DNA of 64,000 bases from Malacoraja senta (taxonomy: Eukaryota). Positions 25,486-36,625 of the stretch are shown piece after piece. Each line of letters starts with the position of its first letter. Position 1 is the stretch's first letter. The notes beneath the pieces were generated by a model. The model was given only the letters and a program-made list of their open reading frames with translations. It made no database searches and was not told where the DNA came from. The stretch spans positions 1,612,001 to 1,676,000 of the forward strand of contig CM076000.1 in the NCBI GenBank assembly GCA_038087875.1. Direction: 5' to 3'. The position numbers and the translations under genes are program-made.

Positions 25486-27063
25486 CAGTGGCTTGCAAAA
25501 GTTTTCATACCCCTTGAACTTTTCCACATTTTGTCACGTTACAACCAGAAACGTAAATGTATTTATTGGGATTTTATGTGATGTGGAAGGAAAATGATAC
25601 ATGGTTTTCAATTTTTTTTACAAATAAAAAACTGAAAAGTGTCGCGTGCAAAAGTATTCAGCCCCCTTTACTCGGATACCCCTAAATAAAATCCAGTGCA
25701 ACCAATTGCCTTCAGAAGTCACCTAATTAGTAAATAGAGTCCACTTGTGTGTAATCTAATCTCAGTATAAATGCAGCTGTTCTGTGAAGGCCTCAGAGGT
25801 TTGTTAGAGAACATTAGTGAACAAACAGCATCATGAAGCCCAAGGAACACACCAGACAGGTCAGGGATAAAGTTGTGGAGAAGCTTAAAGCAGGGTTAGG
25901 TTACAAAAAAATATCCCAAGCTTTGAATATCTCACGGAGCACTGTTCAATTCATCATCCGAAAATGGAAAGAGTATGGCACAACTGCAAACCTACCAAGA
26001 CATGGCCATCCACCTAAACTGACAGGCCGGGCAAGGAGAGCATTGATCAGAGAAGCAGCCAAGAGGCCCATGGGAACTCTGGAGGAGCTGCAGAGATCCA
26101 CAGCTCAGGTGGGAGAATCTGTCCACAGGACAACTATTAGTCGTGCACTCCACAAATCGGGCCTTTATGGAAGAGTGGCAAGAAGAAAGCCATTGTTGAA
26201 AAACCCCCATAAGAAGTCCCGTTTGCAGTTTGCCACAAGCCATGTGGGGGACACAGCAAACATGTGGAGGAAGGTGCTCTGGTCAGATGAGACCAAAATT
26301 GAAGTTTTTGGCCTAAATGCAAAACGCTATGTGTGGCGGAAAACTAACACTGCACATCACCCTGAACATACCATCCCCACTGTGAAACATGGTGGTGGCA
26401 GCATCATGCTGTGGGGATGCTTTTCTTCAGCAAAAACAGGGAAGCTGGTCAGAGTTGATGGGAGGATGGATGGAGCCAAATACAGGGCAATCTTGGAAGA
26501 AAACCTGTTAGAGTCTGCAAAAGACTTGAGCGGAGGTTCACCTTCCAGCAGGACAACGACCCTAAACATACAGCCAGAGCTACAATGGAATGGTTTAGAT
26601 CAAAGCATATTCATGTGTTAGAATGGCCCAGTCAAAGTCCAGACCTAAATCCAATTGAGAATCTCTGGCAAGACTTGAAAATTGCTGTTCACAGACACTC
26701 TCCATCCAATCTGACTGAGCTTGAGCTATTTTGAAAAGAAGAATGGGCAAAAATTTCAGTCTCTAGATGTGCAAAGCTGGTAGAGACATACCCCAAAAGA
26801 CTTGCAGCTGTAATTGCAGCGAAAGGTGGTTCTACAAAGTATTGACTCAGGGGGGCTGAATACTTTTGCACGCAACACTTTTCAGTTTTTTATTTGTAAA
26901 AAAATTTGAAAATCATGTATAATTTTCCTTTCACTTCACAGTTATGCACCACTTTGTGTTGGTCTATCACATAAAATCCCAATAAAATACATTTACGTTT
27001 GTGGTTGTAACGTGACAAAATGTGGAAAAGTTCAAGGGGTATGAAAACTTTTGCAAGCCACTG
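25486..27063 (+). mobile_element. Tc1/mariner DD34E transposon (Passport-like), near full length, inactivated
   Basis: Long TIRs of about 180-215 bp (CAGTGGCTTGCAAAAG...; ...CTTTTGCAAGCCACTG). TA follows the right end; the left flank reads TC. Transposase gene spans 25833-26844. Confidence 0.95.
25833..26844 (+). pseudogene. Tc1 transposase pseudogene
   Basis: N-terminal HTH region, WSDETK, QQDNDPKH and WPSQSPDLNPIE, with 34 residues counted between the second D and E. A frameshift lies near 26530 and an in-frame TGA near 26732. The frame ends at GGSTKY*. Confidence 0.93.
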
Positions 27064-27374
27064 TACCTTTTCTTTTAGTTTTTTTCCATCCCTAACTTCC
27101 CTTGTTAGCCACAGTTGCCTCCTACTCCCCTTAGAATCTTTCTTCCTCTTTGGAATTAAATGATCCTGCATCCTATAGATTATGGCCAGAAATTCCTGCC
27201 ATTGCTGTTCTACCATCATTCCTGCTAGGATCCTTTTCCAGTCGACCTTGGCCAGCTCCTCTCTCATGCCTTCATAGTCCCCTTTGTTCAACTGCAACAC
27301 TGACACTTCTGATTTAACCTTCTCCCTCTCAAACTGCAGATTAAAATGTATCATATTATGGTCACTACCTCTTA

Positions 27375-28510
27375 ACCATATAACCATATAACCATTACAG
27401 CACGGAAACAGGCCATCTCGGCCCTTCAAGTCCGTGCCGAACACTTTTTTATTATTTTTAATTTTTTAATTTTTTAAAAATAAATACTTCCCCCTAGTCC
27501 CATCTAACTGCACTCAGACCATAACCCTCCATTCCTTTCCCATCCATATACCCATCCAATCTATTTTTAAAGGATAAAATCGAACCTGCCTCCACCACTT
27601 CCACTGGAAGCTCATTCCACACAGCTACCACTCTTTGAGTAAAGAAGTTCCCCTAATGTTATCCCTAAACTTCTGTCCCTTAATTATCAAGTCATGTCCC
27701 CTTGTTTGAATCTTCCCTACTCTCAATGGGAAAAGCTTATCCACGTCAACTCTGTCTAACCCGCTCATAATTTTAAAGACCTCTATCAAGTCCCCTCTTA
27801 ACCTTCTGCACTCCAAAGAATAAAGACCTAACTTGTTCAACCTTTCTCTGTAACTTAGTTGCTGAAACCCAGGCAACATTCTAGTAAATCTCCTCTGTAC
27901 TCTCTCTATTTTGTTGACATCCTTCCTATAATTAGGCGACCAAAATTGTACTCCATACTCCAGAATTGGCCTCACCAATGCCTTGTACAATTTAAACATT
28001 ACATCCCAACTTCTATATTCAATGCTCTGATTTATAAAGGCCAGCACACCAAAAGCTTTCTTTACCACCCTATCTACATGAGATTCCACCTTCAGGGAAC
28101 TATGCACAGTTATTCCTAGATCCCTCTGTTCAACTGCATTCCTCAATTCTCTACCATTTACCATGTACGTCCTATTTTGATTTGTCCTGCCGAGATGTAG
28201 TACCTCACATTTATCAGCATTAAACTCCATCTGCCATCTTTCAGCCCACTCTTCCAAATGGCCTAAATTTCTCTGTAGACTTTGAAAATCTACCTCATTA
28301 TCCACCACACCACCTATCTTAGTATCATCTGCATACTTACTAATCCAATTTTCCACACCATCATCCAGATCATTGATGTACATGACAAACAACAGTGGAC
28401 CCAACACAGACCCCTGAGGCACCCCACTAGTCACCGGCCTCCAACCTGACAAACACCCATCCACCATTACTCTCTGGCATCTCCCATTCAGCCACTGTTG
28501 AATCCATCTT
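27375..28510 (-). mobile_element. CR1 LINE of a different subfamily, nested in the older CR1
   Basis: ORF 27625..28467 (SGVPQGSVLGP, YADDTKIGG, LEYGVQFWSP) and a distinct (TAACCATA)n tail near 27375. Confidence 0.9.
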
Positions 28511-28779
28511 AGCGGTTCCTTTACCTCGAGTTCCCTTTATTAAATCTGGTTCATTAGATAAACACTAAATCCAGAATTGCCTTCTGTCTGGTAGGCTCCA
28601 GTACAAGCTGCTCTAAGAATCCATCTTGGAGGCACTCTACAAACTCCCTTTCTTGGGGTCCAGAACTAACCTGATTATCCCATTCTACCTGCATTTTGTA
28701 ATCTCCCATAACCACCTTTGTTACATGCCAATTTTAACTCCTGCTGCAACTTGCACCCTATATCGACCTTATATATCAC

Positions 28780-29595
28780 CGAAGTGGTCGGTTGGGGGCG
28801 CTGTGAGTCGGCTGCCCTGCCAGCAGTATGTTCGTTATTTTGACTTTTTTTTTTAGTATGTCCAAATGTTTGTTTTAGTGTCTCTTGGTATGTCTTATGT
28901 GGGGAGTGGTGGGGGAGAAAAGGGGGAGAAAAGGGGAAACCGTTTTTCAGTCACTTCCTCGACTGGAGGCGACTTTTTCCATGTCGCTTCTCCACCCCCC
29001 CCCCCCCCCCCCCCGTCTTGCTGCCTAACAGCTTGGATTGGAGCGACCTTTCCTGGAGTCGGGCCCAGAGCTTCAGCAGGGGCAAACCCTTGCGGGGGGT
29101 CGCCAGAAAGGAGTGCTCCAATCGCTGGCCTGGTGACTTTGGCATCATGGGGCTGTGGTCTGCGGAGCTTCGTAGACTTACAATCTGGAGCCTGGGATCA
29201 CTTGCCGGGGATTGCCGGAGAAGAGCTCCGACCGCCGGCCTGCCACATCCTGAAGCCGCAGTCTCTGGTAAGAAAGTGGCCGATTCGGGCACACCAAGCC
29301 ATGGAGTGTGTTAGATCGTCCTGACGTCAGAGTTTTGATCATCCCGACGAGAGGGCCTGTACATCCGGCGTCTGTAGCAGCGATTACGGAGGGTTCATGG
29401 CCCCGAACATGGATGAACAAAGGAGGACTGACTGAACTTTGTTGCCTTATCACAGTGAAGAATGCTGTGGTGGATGTTTATGTTAAATTCTATTGTGTAT
29501 TGTGTATTCTTTTTTCAATTGTATCGCTGCATGGCAAATTAATTTCACTGTACCTTAGTTGGTGCATGTGACAATTAAATTTGTATTGTATTGTA
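28780..29595 (+). mobile_element. Unclassified GC/CpG-rich non-autonomous retroelement
   Basis: GC-rich body ending in GACAATTAAA plus (TTGTA)n. The 3' part (TTGCCTT..ATCACAGTGA.GAATG...TGTGGT.GATGTTTA) recurs at about 55950-56120. Confidence 0.45.
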
Positions 29596-31479
29596 TATTT
29601 AGAGACACCTAAATAGTCAAGGGATAGAAGATCTGAAAGCAGGCCAATGGGATTAGCGTAGATATGCTAAAAGGTCAGCATGGATGTGATGTGCCAAAGA
29701 GCCTATTTCTTTGCTGCATAACTCCATCACCATGTAAGCAATGCCTCCAAGGAGTCTTTGTTAGATTCATTTAATATAGTTTGCTGCAATCTATCTGGAT
29801 CATTATTTTTATTCTGTGTTGAGTTTGATTAATTTAATATAGCCTATTTTCTTCATTTATCTGATTTCTCATCTCATTACCTAAAGTCTCATCTAAATGA
29901 TCTGATGATCTGCCTCCACTGCTACATGTGAAATTATCCCATCTATTTCTTAATGGCTCTATTCCCAAGCTCACCTCTACTTTTTATACTGATATGTCTT
30001 TAAATGATTTGGGAGTTTTATGTTCCTTGACAATTTAATTTCAGTTCCTTTGTCTTCCTAATTGTTTATGTAAACTTATTTTTTATTTTCATCATACACC
30101 AGAGAGTCCTACACACTTTTCATCGTACACACTGTACTTTAAATGCCTCTTTCCTTATATTCATCGGTTCTCTTGTGTCTTTATTAATCCATGGAGTTTT
30201 ACGTGTATGTAGAGACTGAATGGTGGAGAGAAATTGATTATACTCTTGACTGGGTGATGGAAAGGGCATAAAGTGAATCATAGGACACTCTGGTTCTAGG
30301 CTTATGGCCACAATAGATACATGCTACTCCCATATCAAAGGACTTCATTCTCACTTCATCTACCCAAGTCAGCTTCATGTTTGGTCTGTTTGAACCAAGA
30401 CTGTATCGAGATCTAGAGCTAACTGGATCAGGGAGAAACAAGACTAAAAACTGGTAAACAGGATACAAGAAAGAGTCAAGGAACAACACTATGGATAATA
30501 CTTTGTTGATGATTCAGAAATACCTGCAGAAATAATCAAATGGATTGTGTACCTGGTATACCCGGGCAATTTTTCAATTTGTCAGGCTGAACTCTAATGA
30601 AACAGCTTGGCTGGAAGTACGATTAGTTTTGGAAGTACCCGAGCCAGGATGTTGTCAAAGCTTCAAGAGACTGGTTATTAGCAAGACATAACACACAAAA
30701 CCTGCTTTTAACTGCCACATTAACCCGTTTGGTCCTACCTTTTCAGAGATATTCCGTTTCAACCATTTTTCCCCTTCTTCCCAACAATTGAAAACAAATT
30801 GGTTTTCTCTCTTACTGAGTTCTTACAAAGCATCTCAGATCTGAAAGGTTACTTCTGTTGCTTTTTCCGCAGATGTTTCCAGTATTTTCTGATTTGATAT
30901 CAGAGCTTAAAACCTTTGATTATCCAATTAAAGCTGTTTCTTGATACCATGTGGATCAGATTTTGATGTCAATAATCTCTGGATGAATTACAGACTCAGT
31001 TGCATATATCTGCATAACCTAATCCTCATCACTTACACTTGGGCTGAGCTCTGCCAGCTGGAGATACATTTGTGGCTGGTAATTAACTGGTAATGCTATA
31101 TACAAATGTATATGTCAGAACTTCAAAGGCTTAGCTGAATATATAGGAATCGACAGCTCTGTCTCCAAAGATTGATGACGTCAAATTTACAGGTACATCC
31201 GATACAGTTCCTGATATGCAATTCCAATTTGGATGGCAATAACATAATGAAGGAAATGCAATGTCGTGAGGTTAAAGACACACTGAAAATCTGCATCTCA
31301 TGACTCACAGTGCTCGTGGATCTCAAGTTACAAGTTGGTAGATTTGTTCTTAATTTCTTGCAAATAGCATGGAGGTGCTAAAGAACAAAACTGCAGCCTC
31401 AGTGTAAATGATATTTTATTTAAACAATTATGTTTCTAAAGCTTTGAGGCATTTGCATCATGGACTGCTGCATTTTAAT

Positions 31480-31772
31480 TTTAGAAATATAGCATGAAAT
31501 CAACCATTTTAACCTACTGAATCCACGCCGACTATCAATCACTAGTTCTATGTTCTATGTTATTCCATTTGCTCATTCACTCCCTACACTTGAGGGGCAA
31601 TTTATTGTAGCTAATTAATATACAAACGAGCATGTCTTTGAAATGTGGGAGGAAACTGGACCAGTTGGAGGAACCCATGCAAACTTCACACAGACAGCAT
31701 CCAAGCTCAGATTGAACATGTTTCTGGTGCTGAGAGGCTGCAGCTCTACCGGATGTGCCACTGTGCTGCCCA
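31480..31772 (-). mobile_element. Degenerate HE1/V-SINE-like SINE
   Basis: Reverse-complement similarity to the SINEs at 14730 and 43765. Confidence 0.6.
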
Positions 31773-33316
31773 TCAGGTAGAATATTACAACAGGTAGAAT
31801 GGATCTGATGAGGTCAATGGGAAATCCTGATCATGTAGGACCTAACCCAAAGCCTGCTGCATAGATATATATTTTGAGACACAATCAGCTCAGTTAGCAA
31901 CAAATGTCACTGTGCCAATAATATTGAAGACCTGTAAAACCCTTTCAGGTTATTTTCTATGCTCTTATTACACTTGGTGCTTCTTCTAAACAGCATTCAA
32001 CATGAATAACAGATTGCTTGGACAAGATGTGGCCTAATCCCTTGCAAACGCATAGGGAATCAATGCTGGTGTTTCTTCCCTGCTTTATTTTATTGCGCTG
32101 CTACTTTTGATGGCACTACACTTTAAGCTGGGCGATCATTAAGGGGAGGAGAAATCTGGAGTGATGGGGGAGTTGGTGTTGTTGGTTAGTAATTACTAAT
32201 TCATACTCTATATGAATATATCGTACTCTACGATAAGGGTCTTGACCCAAAACGTCACCCATTCCTTCTATCCAGAGATGCTGCCTTTCCCACTGAGTTA
32301 CTCCAGCATTTTTTGTCTATCTTTGGTGTAAACCAGCATCTGCAGTACAAATATATCAAACTGTTTTCTGACTGGGATTCATCCGTCGAAAGTTTGCTTG
32401 TCTCTAGATGTTAGCAAGGAGGATTTTACAGAGTTGTTTGAACTGGGCGTGTCTTTGTCACATCCGGTTCATTATTTCCTTTGGAGATATGTCACAATCT
32501 TGCAGTTTGCTAGGTGATTTCAGAGATAAGAGGCAACAACATTGCTATGGTCACACATACACTGAGCCAGAAATGGCATGTTTCGCTTGAAAAGTACATT
32601 GCTATGTGCTCATATATCTTAGTTGCTCATGGTCAATATAATCACTTCCTACAATTGATATCATTCACATAAGATTTAAAAAATCTAATGGAAAAATTCC
32701 AATGGTAGAATTTATATTTGATCTTCAGATTATTAATCCGTAGTCTATAGTAGTCAAAGACCAAAAAAAAATCTTTGCTTCCTTTTCATCCGAAACAACA
32801 TTTCCAGATATGATTTCAGCTATCGCAATATTTCTTATCATAACCTTCCAAGATCGACCATTATGTCCTCCTTATGTCTCTCTCGTAACTTTCAACAGTA
32901 ATCCTTGCAAAATAATGTACACTAGTTACACTGGATAAACTAAATAAATGGGATACGATATTTAAAGAATAATGCATTGCGATGGAAGAGAAGAACGACG
33001 TGGTAATATTCCTTTACAGTTTCGATATTGGAATTAAATTTCATTTGCAATCTGAACAATGTAATTAATTTTGTCTGGCACATCACAAATCAGAAAAAGA
33101 ATCTAGAAATAACTGTTACTATGTTGAATTTTGTAGAACCAGTGGTATAAATGTATATACTCTAGCAAATAGTCAGCAAATTCAAAAAAGTTTGGATTCA
33201 GTATCTTTAACAGCATGTGTCAAATGTTGTAACTATCCTGAGAGATTATGCAAGGGATTCCTTTCTTATCATTGATAAACTTCACATTGTTGATGATAGA
33301 AATTATACATAGTAAA

Positions 33317-33442
33317 ATAAAACTACAGTTAGATCACATTGAAGTTTTTTATTTACCAGACTGTACAACTATAAAATTCATAAAACTACAGTTAGATCAC
33401 ATTGAAGTTTTTTATTTACCAGACTGTACAACTATAAAATTC
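33317..33442. repeat. Perfect 63-bp tandem duplication
   Basis: ATAAAACTACAGTTAGATCAC...ACTATAAAATTC occurs twice, at 33317 and 33380. Confidence 0.95.
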
Positions 33443-33519
33443 TAAATTCAAATGCAAAGTTTATTTTTATTGCATTACTCGAGTCATGAAAACATGGGTT
33501 GGTTAACACTAATGCTCAC

Positions 33520-33546
33520 CTTTTTCCCCAATGCTCAGGATGGTAA
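33520..33546 (-). CDS. ZDHHC20: ZDHHC20 coding exon 2 (27-bp micro-exon): FTILSIGEK
   Basis: Polypyrimidine tract plus TTGCAG acceptor, and a GTGAGC donor. Phase 1/1 keeps the frame between exons 1 and 3. Confidence 0.85.
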
Positions 33547-34227
33547 CTGCAAGATAGAAGAAAAGAATTAAAGCGTTAAACACAGATTTTCTTTTGATTA
33601 CCAAATCTAAACTGACTCCTATATTGGCAGGAATCTAAAACTTTAGTTCTAATAAATACAGAGCTGAGCCACCAATAGCAATCCTGAATTGTAATGGTTG
33701 TACAAAGTAGCATTGCACACAAAGTAGCATTGCACTGAAATAGCATTGAAGAGTGCATTTATGTACACTGAATATAATCTTTTAAAAAAAGGGTATGTAT
33801 CTCCCGAAATAAATCGCAATTGATTTCAATATAAAACACTGCTACTAGAACCTAAGGTTAGCCATCATGTTTATCACAGCCTCCATGCACCTGCCCCAAA
33901 CTTCCAAATAAACCCACAACGTGCGACTTTAAAACGGCAAATATGTACACAGTTCTGAAAATTGTTAGTTTTAGTGGTACTGCAATCCTGTAGACCATTC
34001 CAAAAAGTTGGCTTCTAATATAATTGAAAACTCATGGCAGACAAGTTTCTGGTTCTATAGATAAAAGTTGTCCGTCTTAATTAAAGAGACTCTTTGGTTC
34101 TTGTCAATTTTATCTTCTCCATTAGCTGCAAATTCTGCTTGAATATGATTTTCTGTGCACGGCCTCCATCCAACATGCTACCTAATGTATAATAATTCAC
34201 AAGCAGGCTGTTGGCAAGATATTTAAC

Positions 34228-34600
34228 TAGAGTCATAGAGTTACACAGCACACTAATAGGTCCTTTGGCCCATTTTGCCCATATGACAAAAGTGTCTTCC
34301 TGAGCTAGTTCCATTTGCCTGCATTTGGCCCTCAATCCACAAAATATTTCCAACCAATGAACGTAACCAAACGTGCCTTTTAAATGTTGTAATTGTACAT
34401 GCCTCTACCACTTCCTCTGGCAGTTTGTTCCATATATTTGCCACCCAGTGTGGAAAACGTGCCCCTCATGGTCCCTATAAATCTTTCCCCTCTCCCCTTT
34501 AACCTATAAATTCAAGTTTTCAACTCCCCCTGGGAAAAAGACTGTAACAATACATCTTATCTATACACTTCATCTTATAAACCTCTATACGGTCACCCCT
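34228..34600 (-). mobile_element. Old CR1 3' fragment
   Basis: ORF 34253..34444 (IWNKLPEEVVEA.TITTFKR) plus a CR1 tail. Confidence 0.65.
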
Positions 34601-34618
34601 TAGCTGCCAATGGCTAGA

Positions 34619-35163
34619 AGTTTCCTTCAAGTCAGAAGTGAGAGATGCCAATTGCCTCCAATGTCATGGTTTACCCATACATTCACAAGGATGGACACTA
34701 GGAACTGCGGATGCTTTTTACCAAAAAGACACAAAATGCTGGAGTAACTCAGCGGGTCAAGCAGCATCTCTGGAGAATGTGGATAGGTGTTATGTTTGGT
34801 CAGGACCGTTCTTCAGACACATGGATATTGCTGGAACTAGAGGGATGACATTATATAAAGAAACTAAGCTAGGATGTCTCCCATAGCGTGTCATCACTCT
34901 AGGAGAGACATCCTAGCTTAGTCCCTCTCTATAATGTAAGCCCTCCAGTTCCAGCAACATCCTTCTGGAAGAAGGGTCCTGACCAAAAATTTCACCTATC
35001 CACATTCTCAAGAGATGCTGCTTGACCCGCTGAGCTACTCCAGCATTTTGTATCTATTTGGTAAAACAGCATCTGCAGTTCCTAGTGTCCATCCTTGTGA
35101 ATGTATGGGTAAACTATAACATTGGAGACAATCAACATCTCTCAATTCTGACTGAAGGAAACT
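34619..35163. repeat. About 545-bp imperfect palindrome (fold-back inverted duplication)
   Basis: Arms run AGTTTCCTTCA...GCGTG and CACTCTAGG...TGAAGGAAACT around a 4-nt loop TCAT (34891-34894). Confidence 0.9.
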
Positions 35164-36625
35164 CCTTACATCTATCTAAAAATGTCTCTGTTATGGTCCT
35201 TCCGTTTTCAGGTGTCACGAATGGAATCCCTAGTTTCCAGTGACATAATTAAATTGATGTAATCATTAACAATGCAAAAAAGGGAAAAGTGCAATTTCTA
35301 ATTAATACTTTAAAATATTTGGCAAGCGAATAAAATAAAGAATGGAATATACACATTAGATCATGGTAAAAGCCAAAATATATCACTTTTTAAAAACAGG
35401 GTTAAAAAATCCAACTGTGTAGGGAGCTTGCTAAGCAATAATTACAGCTTAGTATGCCATTAAAAACTTACTCATACCGCATGCAGTATTACAAAACATT
35501 TTCAGGGACATTTATGGCAATGATTTTTGGCAACTACCAAAAATCTTCATCAGGCCACTGGTTTCCTGATAGTACTATCGGGATGGCTCAGAAAAAAGTC
35601 TATTGAGAATGACTTCATTACAAGCCATAAATTTTGAATTTGTTTCCTGATATTGCTTTCAATTCCTTGATGTAATGAGAACTGATGCTAAAGGTGTTGC
35701 CATCAATACAACTGCTAAATCCAAGCACATAAACCTAACCCTGATCTCTTTGAGGCATATCGATGTACATTGTTAATAGGAATCACAAAGTAGCTATCAG
35801 GATCAGGATGATTTGCAGTTGCTTCACACATGTTAATCTTATGGAACCACAGGTGGCTGGAAAAGTTGGAACTGCTTCCCAAACATTATTAACTATTGCA
35901 AAATCTTTCCTAACATTATTAACTGTGCTCATGAAAAGTTTTCAAAGAATTATTAGGGATTGAATTAATTGCCTTATTTTCATCAATTAATAGGCTACTA
36001 GTAATTGACACACCTATTTAACATTGAAAATCAGAACAAAACAAACAATGCTGTTTTGGGTGGAGCCAATATGGACTCTCATAGCTGATGTTAGAATATG
36101 TTCAGCAAATTATTTAAGGCCCAATTTCTCTTCAAATCCTACACAATATAAATATATTTCTGGAATTCAATTACTCCACAGAGTAGAGATTGATAGATAC
36201 AATAAACATTATAGATGTTGAAAATTGTAATGCAAATCAAATACTATCAAGATACTTAGCAAAGACAGCTTTTGAAACATTGGGCATGTACATTTTATCA
36301 ATAATAATGAATATTCTGTCCAACCCAAAGCACCGACTGATTATCATCTTTGCTTTTACTGACTAGATTATTTTGACACACCATACTAAGAGTTGCATAT
36401 TATTCAAATATGAATGTTTAAACTTTAACTGACAGGCACCAAGAACATCTGTCCTCTAAAATTGCAAAGATGAATATTTCTGAATTTCTTTCCAATAATA
36501 AGCATCAAAGATTATTGATTTCTGAGAAACGTTGCTCGTTCTTCAGTTTCCCTTTTGTTAACACAGGCAGTGCCTAGCTTATGTAACGTTTGTGCTCTTG
36601 TAAAACGATTTTCCTTAAGGGGCTG

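Larger units (their letters stand above)
23937..28760 (-). mobile_element. CR1 LINE interrupted by a Tc1 transposon (25486-27063) and by a second CR1 (about 27375-28510)
   Basis: CR1 sequence runs to 25485 and resumes at 27064, collinear with the copy at 5440-5590. It breaks again after GGTCACTACCTCTT and resumes at AGCGGTTCC (28511). Confidence 0.85.

Noticed and set aside
25833..26621. Active transposase from the 262-aa ORF
   Set aside because: A frameshift precedes the second catalytic Asp, and there is a further in-frame stop.
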